Source of the DNA: an uncultured Bacteroides sp. | GTDB lineage: Bacteria; Bacillota; Clostridia; Lachnospirales; Lachnospiraceae | Assembly (NCBI GenBank): GCA_964635615.1 | Contig: CAZWNL010000011.1 | Span: 13,314 to 77,313 of the forward strand | Direction: 5' to 3' | Length of the DNA stretch: 64,000 nucleotides | Shown here: positions 36,850 to 46,923 of the stretch, piece by piece | Layout of the letters: each line of letters begins with the position of its first letter | Position numbering within the stretch: the stretch's first letter is position 1 | Notes under the pieces: model-generated | The model's database searches: none | What the model was told of the DNA's origin: nothing | The model's input: the letters and a program-made list of their open reading frames with translations, nothing else | Position numbers and translations under genes: made by a program

Positions 36850-37620
36850 ATGGAAGAACAATTTGCAATAGTATTAAAGGATTTAAGAAAGGAATTTGGC
36901 AGTAAGGTCGCAGTAAACAATGTAAATCTCAATATTGAGAAGGGAAAGCTTTTCTCGCTTCTCGGTGTAAACGGAGCAGGAAAGACAACAACAATAAGAA
37001 TGCTCATGGGGCTGTCAAAGCCTACATCAGGCGAGGCGTGGGTTATGGGACACAGCATTTTGAGCGACCTTGGGGCTGTGAAGCAGGTATCTAATTTTTC
37101 GCCACAGGAAACATCGGTTGCTCCTAACCTTACGGTACGTGAAAATCTAGAATTTTTTGCAAAAATATATGGCGCAGACAAGGAACAGGCATATAAGCTT
37201 GTTGATGACATGATAGAAAAATTTTCATTGCAGGAGGTTGCGGAAAGCAGGGCGAAAACATTGTCAGGCGGATGGCAGCGGAAGCTCAGTATTGCAATGG
37301 CAATTATATCAAAGCCGCAGGTTTTATTCCTTGATGAGCCGACATTGGGGCTTGACGTGTTGGCAAGGAGAGAGCTGTGGAAGGTTATTGAACGGCTTAA
37401 GAAAGAGATGACCATTGTCCTTACAAGCCACTATATGGAGGAGGCAGAACAGCTTTCTGACAGCATAGCCGTTATGGTGGGTGGAGAGATAAAGGCATTG
37501 GGAACACTTGAGGAAATAAAAAGGCTTACGGGCAAAGACAGCCTTGAGGATGCATTTATATCAATTGCTGAAAGCAAATTTGGAATGGGTGATGCTCAGG
37601 GAAAGGAGGTAACAAAATGA
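36850..37620 (+). CDS. ABC transporter ATP-binding protein
   Basis: GVNGAGKT, LSGGWQRK, LDEPT. Confidence 0.92.
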   Translation: MEEQFAIVLKDLRKEFGSKVAVNNVNLNIEKGKLFSLLGVNGAGKTTTIRMLMGLSKPTSGEAWVMGHSILSDLGAVKQVSNFSPQETSVAPNLTVRENLEFFAKIYGADKEQAYKLVDDMIEKFSLQEVAESRAKTLSGGWQRKLSIAMAIISKPQVLFLDEPTLGLDVLARRELWKVIERLKKEMTIVLTSHYMEEAEQLSDSIAVMVGGEIKALGTLEEIKRLTGKDSLEDAFISIAESKFGMGDAQGKEVTK

Positions 37621-38378
37621 GAAGTATAGAATTTAGCAAAAGAACGACAAAGGAGATATTAAGGGACCCGTTAAGCTACGTATTTTGTATTGGCTTTCCG
37701 GTTGTAATGCTTGTTATAATGACTGCTGTTGACAGAAGCATACCAAAGGAGGCACAGCTTAATATATTTAAGATTGATTATCTTGCACCGGGTATGGCGG
37801 CATTCGGACTTACATTTGTAATGCTTTTTTCCTGTTTGCAGCTTTCAAAGGACCGCTCGACGGCATTTCTAATAAGGCTTTATGCTTCGCCGATGAAATC
37901 TGCCGATTATATAATTGGCTACACGCTTCCGTCAATTATACTTGCTCTTATTCAGATGGCTGTTACATTTACGGCATCATTTATAGTGGCAGCTGTAATA
38001 GGAGGAAAGCTAAATATTATCAATGTACTTATTTCCATATTGTGCCTTCTCCCTTCTGCCCTTATGTATATTGGCTTTGGACTTTTATTTGGAGCACTGT
38101 TAAATGATAAGGCATCACCGGGAATATGTTCAATTGTCATTACACTTTCCTGTATGATTGGCGGAATATGGATGGACGTTGATTCAATCGGCGGTGGAAT
38201 AAAAGATTTAAGCCATGCACTTCCCTTTTATCACGGCGTGAAGGCGGCAAGGATGGCGGTGAATGGCCAGCTGGCAGACATAGCAAAACCATTGATTATT
38301 ACCCTGGCTTATGCTACAGTAATATATATACTTGCAGTGCTTGTCATGCAGGGAAAAATGAAAAAGGATGTAAGATAA
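37617..38378 (+). CDS. ABC-2 type transporter permease
   Basis: RDPLSYVF, six TM segments, LPFYHGV. Confidence 0.88.
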   Translation: MRSIEFSKRTTKEILRDPLSYVFCIGFPVVMLVIMTAVDRSIPKEAQLNIFKIDYLAPGMAAFGLTFVMLFSCLQLSKDRSTAFLIRLYASPMKSADYIIGYTLPSIILALIQMAVTFTASFIVAAVIGGKLNIINVLISILCLLPSALMYIGFGLLFGALLNDKASPGICSIVITLSCMIGGIWMDVDSIGGGIKDLSHALPFYHGVKAARMAVNGQLADIAKPLIITLAYATVIYILAVLVMQGKMKKDVR

Positions 38379-38381
38379 TGC

Positions 38382-39155
38382 ATGGGTTTTTTGAGATTAG
38401 ATAAATATCTGGCTGACGCAGGCAGGGGAACAAGAAGTGAGGTAAAACTTCTTATAAAATACGGCAGGGTAAGGATAGGCGACAGAGTAGTAAAAAAGCC
38501 TGAGGAAAAGGTTGATACCGATAAGGACAGCGTGTTTGTTGACGGACAGCCCGTGTGTTACTCGGAATTTGAATATTATATGCTGAATAAGCCTGCGGGA
38601 GTTGTTTCTGCCGTTACCGATAAAAAGGATAAAACGGTAGTGCAGCTTATCGACACGGAAAAAAGACGTGATTTGTTCCCTGTTGGGAGGCTTGACAAGG
38701 ATACGGAGGGGCTTATTATCATAACGAATGATGGTAAGCTTGCAAATGAACTTCTGTCACCCAATAAGCATGTGGAAAAAACGTATTATGCCATAGTCCG
38801 TGGAACTGTTACGGACGATATTATTTTGCGGTTTCAGGAAGGGCTTGACATAGGCGATGACCGCATTACTAAGCTGGCAGGGCTTAAATTGGTTGACTCC
38901 ATAATATGCGAAGGGGCAGTAAAGAAATTGAATAATGAAGCTGTGGCAGGTGGCAAGCTTTGCCACGTGGAAATTACCATTACCGAGGGCAGGTTTCATC
39001 AGATAAAGAGAATGTTTAAGGCTGTAGGCATGGAGGTTATATATTTAAAACGCCTTTCCATGGGAGGGCTTGTGCTTGATAAAGTGCTGCCTTGTGGCTC
39101 ATGGAGGCGGCTTAGTGAGGATGAGCTTAAGCTGTTGAAGAGACTGCCGCACTGA
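38382..39155 (+). CDS. RsuA-family pseudouridine synthase
   Basis: S4 domain RLDKYL; LNKPAG; GRLDKDTEG; EGRFHQIKRMF. Confidence 0.9.
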   Translation: MGFLRLDKYLADAGRGTRSEVKLLIKYGRVRIGDRVVKKPEEKVDTDKDSVFVDGQPVCYSEFEYYMLNKPAGVVSAVTDKKDKTVVQLIDTEKRRDLFPVGRLDKDTEGLIIITNDGKLANELLSPNKHVEKTYYAIVRGTVTDDIILRFQEGLDIGDDRITKLAGLKLVDSIICEGAVKKLNNEAVAGGKLCHVEITITEGRFHQIKRMFKAVGMEVIYLKRLSMGGLVLDKVLPCGSWRRLSEDELKLLKRLPH

Positions 39156-39225
39156 GAATATCTATACTATGATATTCTTAGTGTGGCAGCCCCTTAGAAA
39201 TATTTATGTATTATCGGGAGGCTTT

Positions 39226-39639
39226 ATGGAGGAAAACAGGGATGAACAACTTAAAAAAGTGCTTGAGATTCTGCATCAGTGGACGATAAATCTAGGCAGG
39301 TATTCCTTTAAGACGGATGAGGAGATTGAAGAATTTTGGAAAAGGCTTTCGTCTGATATGGGGCTTTTGGCAGAATATGCATATTACCATGATAATGGAA
39401 AATTTTTGTGCAGGTATAACATAGACGGTTATACAATCGCAGATATTGCAGTGTGGCAGATGGACCATTTCAGGGCACATATGAACAGACCTGACAGCAT
39501 ATACCGCTATGACAGCGACCGCCTTGTATATGTGGCATTTGAAACAATGCTTAAAATGAAGGAAAATCCTGAGGAAGTAAAGCTTGTAATGTCCCAGGAA
39601 TCGGGAACGGATGTATCAGGGGGCTGGTATATACATTAA
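39226..39639 (+). CDS. Conserved hypothetical protein
   Basis: ATG 39226 after GGGAGG; 137 aa; no motif recognised. Confidence 0.65.
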   Translation: MEENRDEQLKKVLEILHQWTINLGRYSFKTDEEIEEFWKRLSSDMGLLAEYAYYHDNGKFLCRYNIDGYTIADIAVWQMDHFRAHMNRPDSIYRYDSDRLVYVAFETMLKMKENPEEVKLVMSQESGTDVSGGWYIH

Positions 39640-39654
39640 ATGAAAACAAAAAAT

Positions 39655-39825
39655 AAGGTGGGACGTTCCATTAAGAATATTTACATCATAATAACAAAAA
39701 TACGCTTTCGCTCGTCTCCGACGTAACGGTACTAAGGTGCCAAAATACGTCACCTAAGTACCGACGTCTTCAAACGATTTTTTTATATTATGATGTAAAT
39801 ATTCTTAGTGAAACAGTCCCACCTT
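39655..39825. repeat. 171-bp nested palindromic element (copy B)
   Basis: Outer IR AAGGTGGGAC/GTCCCACCTT; arms AAGAATATTTACATCATAATA/TATTATGATGTAAATATTCTT; core CGCTTTCGCTCGTCTC + 52-bp insert + CAAACG. Confidence 0.85.
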
Positions 39826-39850
39826 TTTTGTTCTTTAATATAGGAAAAAA

Positions 39851-41110
39851 TTATGCGTAATTGTTATACATAAGCCCGCTGTACAAGGATTGTGTGTACG
39901 GCGTATTGGATTTGTTAGCCGTATTCGGATATGTCACAATAAGCTTGTTTATATATGCCATAGGGTCAAGGGTAAGTCTGTTAGTGGCACTTTCAACATC
40001 GTCCTTAAAAGAGGAAACCTTGCCAAACAGCTTTGCAAAATCACCATTTCTGATATTCTCAGTGAGAACCTTTTCATTCTTTACAATGTGATTTGCGTCA
40101 TCTACATTTAAGCCTGCATCCTCAAGCTCGGTTTTATGCTTGAAAACTAAACCTGAAATATCGTTAAATAAATTTCTTGTGCCGATTCGGTTGCTGCCCT
40201 TATCTGAAAGGTCTACTAAGCTGTTGTATGCATCCACAAACATGTTTATATGTCCCATTGCATTATTAATGTCGGGAACAAGATCTATTGCAACCGGCTT
40301 GTCAGTAACCTTGTGGAAATCAAGTTCAATCGCTTGATTTATGGATATATGGTTTGATGACGAACTGTGAGGTGTGTCATTTATAAAAAATTGTGAGTTA
40401 GACGGAGCAGTATCTACATTATTAATGCCTAACATGCCGACTATATCACGACTACCCTCTGAAACAAATGAAAAATACAAGCCGTCATCACTGGATGGTT
40501 TACCGGTATCAGCGGACGACAGCATGAGAGAACTGCTGTTACCCTCCGATATAACTGATGCATGAACACCTATGCTTCTGTTGTTTATATATTGGGCAAG
40601 CCTGTTTTGAACCTCAATGTTTGAATCATTGCCCACATGTATATTGAAATGAGACGTTCCATTTATTGTTTCCAAGGAAAATCTGTAATCACCCTGTGTA
40701 AAATCATGATCGCTTGAATTAAGGTAATTACCTATATTAATTTGCTCTGAGGCAAGCGATTCAATCCTGATATTAAGAGTATCAGGAATATCTCCGTAGT
40801 TTGAGGCTCTGATTGAGCCTGATACTGCATCCTCGTCAGCAGAGTGAAGTGACTTCTTTGTATATATGTCACTGTCGGTATTTGAAAAGCTGTCGGAAAC
40901 ATCCTTAAGGGTGATGGCAGCTTCCTTTATGTTTATCATGTAAGATTGCTTCTGCTCCGAAAGTGACAATAAATAAAGAGGTGAATTCTTATTGTACTTA
41001 GCCATGTTGTTGTATACGGCACGGAGCTCTGAGGACTTGTGAGTGACATTGCGCTTTTTAGGCACAAGTGCAGTGCTTAAATGATTATAGATATTTTGAT
41101 TAATACGCAT
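39851..41110 (-). CDS. Flagellar cap FliD-like protein (stand-alone)
   Basis: LNIRIESLASEQIN.G (FliD-like), NSQFFINDTPHSSSSNHI, FVDAYNSL; no other flagellar genes in the window. Confidence 0.55.
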   Translation of the reverse strand: MRINQNIYNHLSTALVPKKRNVTHKSSELRAVYNNMAKYNKNSPLYLLSLSEQKQSYMINIKEAAITLKDVSDSFSNTDSDIYTKKSLHSADEDAVSGSIRASNYGDIPDTLNIRIESLASEQINIGNYLNSSDHDFTQGDYRFSLETINGTSHFNIHVGNDSNIEVQNRLAQYINNRSIGVHASVISEGNSSSLMLSSADTGKPSSDDGLYFSFVSEGSRDIVGMLGINNVDTAPSNSQFFINDTPHSSSSNHISINQAIELDFHKVTDKPVAIDLVPDINNAMGHINMFVDAYNSLVDLSDKGSNRIGTRNLFNDISGLVFKHKTELEDAGLNVDDANHIVKNEKVLTENIRNGDFAKLFGKVSSFKDDVESATNRLTLDPMAYINKLIVTYPNTANKSNTPYTQSLYSGLMYNNYA

Positions 41111-41503
41111 ATTACCACTCCCTTCCTTGGATTAAAAATGCGTTATAGGAAAATCCGTTTCCTAATTGCCTGATTAATGTTTTGGCATCATGCAAAGATA
41201 CCAATGACATCATACTAAATATAATTAATGTAATTATATACCATATTTATGAATATGTCCATAAAAATAATTGCTTTTTTAAAAAAAAATTGAAAATGTA
41301 TCTTCGAAGCATGGGCTTTGATTCGAGCCGGAATTTGGGCTTTTATCTGACTAATGGGTAATCAGATGATGTGGAAACAGAAATATTATTTTGAATCAAA
41401 AATATGATATTTTTGATTTGTAATTTATATATTTAATCTTCATCAAAACATATAATTACAATTAGAGATAACTCGTAATTTATTATTGAAGGAGGTAGAA
41501 GTT

Positions 41504-44500
41504 ATGCTTTTTAGAATTTTAAGAAAAGCAAGATGGTCTTTGGCACTGTCGGCGGCGTTTATATGCTGTCTTGGCTCTGCCGTGCCGGTATTGGCAGAGG
41601 AAAGTTCTGCGGATGAGCCGGAAGTTTCCATATCGACGGATAAAGCAGAATATTCTGATGGCGAGACAATCACGGAAACGGTTACAGTGCGAAATACAAC
41701 GGATAATGACATAACGGATGTGGCAATCAGTGGCAGCATTCCGGAAGGCTATGTTACAAGCGATGGCAAGACTTCTCCAGAGCGTTGGACAAGCAGCGTG
41801 GAAAGTGTTGCGGCAGGTGAAAGCACGGAGGTTGTGATTACATTTACGAAGAAAGCGGCTGAGGGAACAACCGAAGCAGGCCCGCCTGAGGTGGAAAAAC
41901 CGGGAAACAATACATCAAATGCTCCTAAGACAGGAGATGACACTCCGGTAGCTCTGATTATGATTATCGGAGCGTTAAGTCTGACAGCAATGATTTTGCT
42001 GATGAGAAAAAAGAGGAAAAATACTATAGCTATGCTGTTGACTGTCGCAATGGCAGGCTCACTGCTTGGTGTGGGTGCGATTACGGCTGATGCGGCGAAT
42101 ACCGTTGAAAAGACGATTTCCGCAACAAAGGATATTACGGTTGGCGGAAATAAGGTGACACTGGACGTGGACGTTACCTATAAGACTGAAACACCAACGA
42201 TGTTGTCCTACGATGGATATACGCTGATGTGGAGCGACGAGTTTGACGGCGACACGTTAAACAGGAATGATTGGAATGTTGAGCTGCATGCTCCGGGCTG
42301 GGTAAATGCGGAGCTTCAGGAATATGTGGATTCCACGGATAATATTTATCTGAAGGATGGAAAGCTTGTGATTAAGCCGAAGAAGACGGTAAATCCGGAT
42401 GGAACCGTATCCTATACTTCCGGCAGACTCAACACGCAGGGTAAACGTGATTTTACATACGGATTATTTGAAGCAAGAGTTAAGGTACCTGAAGGCAAGG
42501 GCTATCTCCCTGCGTTCTGGCTGATGGCATCGGATGAAAATCTGTACGGTCAGTGGCCAAGATGTGGCGAGATTGATATTATGGAGGTACATGGAAGCGT
42601 TACGGATAAATCATACGGAACGATTCATTTCGGCAATCCGCACAAGGAGACACAGAACTCATATACCTTATCCGACGGCAGCTTTTCCGCAGGATATCAT
42701 ACCTTTGCCGTGGAGTGGGAGCCGGGCATGATTAAATGGTATGTGGACGGCAAATTATTCCACACCGCAGACGATTGGTATTCCGTGACGGAGGGACAGG
42801 GAGAAATTACCTATCCGGCACCGTTTGACCAACCGTTTTATATGATTTTGAATCTTGCTGTCGGCGGAAGCTGGGTCGGCTATCCTGACGATACCACGGA
42901 TTTTGATAATGCTGCATACGAGGTTGATTATGTTAGGGTATATCAGAAAGACAGCTATGATGAAAATGTTAAAAAGCCGGAAAGGGAAGTGGTACTCAGA
43001 GACCCTGACGCAAACGGTAACTATGTTATAAACGGAGATTTTTCTGTTGCCGAAGATTTAAGCGACGATAAGGATTGGATTTTCCTCAATGCCGCAGGCG
43101 GAAAAGGAACGGCAACAATCAGTAACGGACAGATGAGTATTGCAACCACTAATCCGGGAACGGAGGTCTATGGTGTGCAGCTTGTGCAGCCGAACATTCC
43201 GATGAAGAAGGGGGCAACCTATACGCTTACCTTCGATGCATATGCGGATGAGGCGAGAACCATGGTTGTCGATGTGTCGGCACCGGACCGTTCATGGATA
43301 CGTTACATGCCTGATACGACTGTCAATCTTACAACGACAAAGCAGACTTACACATATACCTTTAAGATGACAGGCGAGGATGATGCCAACGGACGTCTGG
43401 AATTTAATTTAGGTAAAACGGCATCTACGGCGGGCGTTAAGCTCAGCAATGTTTCTATCAAGATGACGGATTATGAGGAAATCGTTGAGAGCACGGATAA
43501 GACTGCACGTGCAGATGGAAACTATGTGTATAACGGAAGTTTCCAGGAGGGTGCGGACCGCAAGGAATTCTGGGATATAGATAACAAGGCGGGAGCCGAA
43601 ATTTCGGTTACTCCTCTGAGCGACGGCAGAAGGTTAAAGATAGTGGCACCTGCGGGTACGTCTTCTTCCAAGCCGGTTATTATCTCTCAGAGCGGACTTG
43701 CCATGACCGACGGCGCAGACTATATATTGAGCTTTGATGTACAGGGCGAGGCAGGAAAAACGATAGCTGCCGAGGTTGCCGGACAGACGACATCAGTTGC
43801 ACTGACCGGAGCGGCTCAGAAGGGCAACAGCTTTAAGTTTTCTCCGGCTGCAGGCAGCCAAAAGAATCTTAAGCTGATTATAAGTGAGCCGGGAACCTAT
43901 TATCTGGATAATGTCAGAATTGATGAGGACAGTCTTATCAAGAACGGAAGCTTTTCGGCAGGCCTGGCAGGATATGAGCCATATGTCGATGGCTCCGCAA
44001 ATGCAACCTATGTGGTTGACAGTCTTACCGAGGATAATGCGGTAGACTTTACAATTAACGATACGGGAGATGCAGCATGGAAGATTCAGCTTAAGCAGAA
44101 TAACGATGAACTGGAGAAGGGACAGTGGTATCGTTTATCTTTGGATGCAAAATCAGATATGGCGAGAAAATTGATGTTTGCAATTCAGAGAGACGGAAGC
44201 AGCGATGATAATTGGGATCCATATTCTGGTGAAAAGATTGTGGATCTCAGCTCGGATTATCAAACGTACACTCTTGAGTTTGAGATGAAGAAGGATACCG
44301 ATTTGAAATCCATATTAAGCATTTCAATGGGTGCTGTCGGTGGAACGCAAATTACAACTCAGCACAGAATATGCATCGATAATATCGTGCTGGAAAAGAT
44401 AGATGCGCCGGAGATTACACCGCCTGTAACAGGTGATAATATGCTTAACAACCCAACGTTTGACAACGGCACTGACGGCTGGTACGCCGGCACATGGGGT

Positions 44501-45370
44501 GACGGACAGGCGAGCGTGAGAGTAGATGAGGGTAAGGTAACATTTGATATTACGAATGTAGGAGCAGAGGATTCTCAGGTACAGCTCAAGCAGAGTGGTC
44601 TTACACTCGAAACAGGAGCGACGTATGAGGTCAGCTTTACGGCGAAATCTACTAAGGCAAGAACGATAAAATCGGCATTTCTGGATGAAAATAATGGTTA
44701 TGCTTGGTATGGTGGACAGGATGTAGAGCTTGGTCAGGATGTTGAGGAAAAAGTGTCCTACACATTTACGGTGGGTGCTGACAATGAGACATGTGAGGAT
44801 ATCACGTTCCAGGTGAGCATGGGAAAGATAGACGGTGAATCTACGCCTGCATCTGCGATTACTTTATCGGATTTTAGCGTGAAAAAGATTGGTGAATCGT
44901 CTGCAGCAGGTGATAATATGCTTAGCAACCCAACGTTTGACGGTGACAGCATGGGGGCTTGGGTAAATGGCTCATGGGGAGGAGAAAGCACCGTGAGCGT
45001 AAGCGGGGGCAAGGTTATCTATGTGATTACGGATGTGGGAGCAGAGGATTCTCACATACAGCTCAAGCAGAGCGGACTTACGCTTGAAACAGGAGCGACG
45101 TATAAGGTAAGCTTTACGGCGAAATCTACCGAGGCAAGAACGATAAGAACAGCGTTTTTGGATGCAAATAATGGTTATGCCTGGTATGGCGGACAGGATA
45201 CAGTACTTGGTCAGGATGTTGAGGAAAAAGTGTCCTACGAATTTACGGTAGGCGATGACAAGGTTACGTGCGAGGATATCACGTTCCAGGTGAGCATGGG
45301 AAAGATAGATGATCCGACACCTGCATCCACGATTACCTTATCTGACTTTAGTATTACAAAGGTCCAGTAA
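41504..45370 (+). CDS. GH16 beta-glucanase (laminarinase-like) with five CBM4/9-like modules; N-terminal region carries a sortase-like signal and a second signal peptide
   Basis: ATG 41504 after GAAGGAGGT; WSDEFDG, PAFWL, catalytic GEIDIME; five NGxF/NPTF-initiated CBM modules. Confidence 0.85.
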   Translation: MLFRILRKARWSLALSAAFICCLGSAVPVLAEESSADEPEVSISTDKAEYSDGETITETVTVRNTTDNDITDVAISGSIPEGYVTSDGKTSPERWTSSVESVAAGESTEVVITFTKKAAEGTTEAGPPEVEKPGNNTSNAPKTGDDTPVALIMIIGALSLTAMILLMRKKRKNTIAMLLTVAMAGSLLGVGAITADAANTVEKTISATKDITVGGNKVTLDVDVTYKTETPTMLSYDGYTLMWSDEFDGDTLNRNDWNVELHAPGWVNAELQEYVDSTDNIYLKDGKLVIKPKKTVNPDGTVSYTSGRLNTQGKRDFTYGLFEARVKVPEGKGYLPAFWLMASDENLYGQWPRCGEIDIMEVHGSVTDKSYGTIHFGNPHKETQNSYTLSDGSFSAGYHTFAVEWEPGMIKWYVDGKLFHTADDWYSVTEGQGEITYPAPFDQPFYMILNLAVGGSWVGYPDDTTDFDNAAYEVDYVRVYQKDSYDENVKKPEREVVLRDPDANGNYVINGDFSVAEDLSDDKDWIFLNAAGGKGTATISNGQMSIATTNPGTEVYGVQLVQPNIPMKKGATYTLTFDAYADEARTMVVDVSAPDRSWIRYMPDTTVNLTTTKQTYTYTFKMTGEDDANGRLEFNLGKTASTAGVKLSNVSIKMTDYEEIVESTDKTARADGNYVYNGSFQEGADRKEFWDIDNKAGAEISVTPLSDGRRLKIVAPAGTSSSKPVIISQSGLAMTDGADYILSFDVQGEAGKTIAAEVAGQTTSVALTGAAQKGNSFKFSPAAGSQKNLKLIISEPGTYYLDNVRIDEDSLIKNGSFSAGLAGYEPYVDGSANATYVVDSLTEDNAVDFTINDTGDAAWKIQLKQNNDELEKGQWYRLSLDAKSDMARKLMFAIQRDGSSDDNWDPYSGEKIVDLSSDYQTYTLEFEMKKDTDLKSILSISMGAVGGTQITTQHRICIDNIVLEKIDAPEITPPVTGDNMLNNPTFDNGTDGWYAGTWGDGQASVRVDEGKVTFDITNVGAEDSQVQLKQSGLTLETGATYEVSFTAKSTKARTIKSAFLDENNGYAWYGGQDVELGQDVEEKVSYTFTVGADNETCEDITFQVSMGKIDGESTPASAITLSDFSVKKIGESSAAGDNMLSNPTFDGDSMGAWVNGSWGGESTVSVSGGKVIYVITDVGAEDSHIQLKQSGLTLETGATYKVSFTAKSTEARTIRTAFLDANNGYAWYGGQDTVLGQDVEEKVSYEFTVGDDKVTCEDITFQVSMGKIDDPTPASTITLSDFSITKVQ
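44430..45367 (+). repeat. Tandem duplication of the last two CBM modules (offset 477 bp)
   Basis: CAGGTGATAATATGCTTA(A/G)CAACCCAACGTTTGAC at 44430 and 44907, with long near-identical stretches after each. Confidence 0.85.
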
Positions 45371-45394
45371 TATTTATAAATGAAGAACCATCCC

Positions 45395-45429
45395 AAAAGG
45401 GGCACTTCGCATAAGGAAGTGCCCCTTTT
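45395..45429. terminator. Bidirectional terminator between the GH16 and AraC genes
   Basis: AAAAGGGGCACTTC-GCATAAG-GAAGTGCCCCTTTT. Confidence 0.85.
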
Positions 45430-45466
45430 AACGTTTGAGAGAATTTGTAAAGACAGTTGGCTCTCT

Positions 45467-46234
45467 CTATCCCTTCTCTGTGATGTTATGTCCTGAGTAG
45501 TAATAAAGATCGCGGTATCTTTTCGGTGTCATTCCCACAAGCTTCTTAAAGGTCTGAATAAAATGACTCTGTGAGGAAAAGGACAGATATGTGGCAATCT
45601 CAATCATGCTGTAATCGCAATATTTCAGAAGGTTTTGTGCTTTTTCAATTTTCTTTTCCCGTATATAGTCGTTTACCGTCATGCCTGTTTCCTTTTTGAA
45701 AAGACGCGAGAGATGACTGGGCGACAACTGCACATGTTCTGCCAATGCTTCTATAGTAATGCGTTCTTTAATATGAGAGTAGATATAATCAATACATGTG
45801 GTAACCGGCTTGGAGACGCCTCTTTTTTGCATAAATAGCATTTTTTCCGTAAAGTCCAAAACCATTTTAGAGTGAAGAGAGGTAAGTGCAGAAAGGCTGT
45901 GGATTGTATCAAGCTTTAGAATATAGAAATCACTCAGGCGGTATGCCTGCTCCATCTCCATACCTGCATGCATGCAGGAGCGCGCAATCATGGCAGCGGT
46001 AATAACAAAATGATATTTCATATTCGTCAGCATGTCCTTGGAGAGCACACCTATTCCGTTTGGATCCGTAAACCTTTTCATTTCGAAATTATGGCGCACA
46101 GCATCAATGTCTCCGCGGCTGACGGCGTCATAAAAGGCATATTCCTCATTGATAAAGCGATGAAAAGCATCATTATTATTATCTTTGGACTCCTGCGTAT
46201 ACCATTCGTTTTTAAAATCCATATAAATCTCCAT
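45467..46234 (-). CDS. AraC family transcriptional regulator
   Basis: LSPSHLSRLFKKETG, IATYLSFSSQSHFIQTFKKLVGMTPKRYR. Confidence 0.9.
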   Translation of the reverse strand: MEIYMDFKNEWYTQESKDNNNDAFHRFINEEYAFYDAVSRGDIDAVRHNFEMKRFTDPNGIGVLSKDMLTNMKYHFVITAAMIARSCMHAGMEMEQAYRLSDFYILKLDTIHSLSALTSLHSKMVLDFTEKMLFMQKRGVSKPVTTCIDYIYSHIKERITIEALAEHVQLSPSHLSRLFKKETGMTVNDYIREKKIEKAQNLLKYCDYSMIEIATYLSFSSQSHFIQTFKKLVGMTPKRYRDLYYYSGHNITEKG

Positions 46235-46391
46235 AAGTGGTCAATTGTTTACATAAAATTCATGTTTGTTATAAAAAAATTATAACATGAATTAGATTTA
46301 CCTGTAAACAAAAGAAGCTAATAAATAAAAAAGCATTTTTGATAAATTTATATTTTTTTTTGAAATTTTTCTTTATTTTACAAGATTTTTC

Positions 46392-46420
46392 TTGACTTTA
46401 GCAAGGGCATTTGTTATTCT
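46392..46420 (+). promoter_or_regulatory. Sigma-A promoter of rpmG-secE-nusG
   Basis: TTGACT-17bp-TATTCT with an extended -10 TG. Confidence 0.65.
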
Positions 46421-46522
46421 ATAGCTTGCGATGGAAGAAGGTCTTTTTTTTATGCCTTAAAATGAACAAAGCGGATTTCCCGCTGTTGTTTGAAACAAAA
46501 AATAATATGGAGGTGGAAAGTT

Positions 46523-46672
46523 GTGCGTGTTAAGATAACATTGGCATGTCAGGATTGTAAACAGCGTAATTACAATATGACAAAGGATAAGAAAACACAT
46601 CCGGACAGAATGGAAACAAAAAAGTATTGTAAGTTCTGCAGAACTCATACAATGCATAAGGAAACCAAGTAG
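46523..46672 (+). CDS. rpmG: 50S ribosomal protein L33 (zinc-binding C+ form)
   Basis: GTG start after GGAGG; [17 protein letters not shown]...KKYCKFC...HKETK. Confidence 0.95.
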   Translation: MRVKITLACQDCKQRNYNMTKDKKTHPDRMETKKYCKFCRTHTMHKETK

Positions 46673-46703
46673 TTGGCATTTAGTGATGTGAAGGAGTATG
46701 TAT

Positions 46704-46910
46704 ATGTCAAAAAACAAAGAAACGTCACCTGCCCTTAAGAGAAGCTGGTTTCAGGAGCTCAAGGCTGAGTTTGCTAAAATAGTTTGGCCTACTAAGGATT
46801 CACTTGCCAAGCAGTCTGTTGTCGTATTTATTGTGGCAATCGTTTTGGGCTGTCTTATAAAAGGCGTAGATGTACTGTTAGAGCTTGGCTTGAATCAGAT
46901 TATAGGTTAA
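46704..46910 (+). CDS. secE: Preprotein translocase subunit SecE
   Basis: ELKAEFAKIVWP plus one TM; between rpmG and nusG. Confidence 0.9.
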   Translation: MSKNKETSPALKRSWFQELKAEFAKIVWPTKDSLAKQSVVVFIVAIVLGCLIKGVDVLLELGLNQIIG

Positions 46911-46923
46911 GGTAGGTGGGAAT

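Noticed and set aside
41111-41460. Sigma-28 promoter or riboswitch upstream of the FliD-like gene
   Set aside because: No TAAA-N15-16-GCCGAT match on the minus strand, and only short hairpins that fit no aptamer I recognise.
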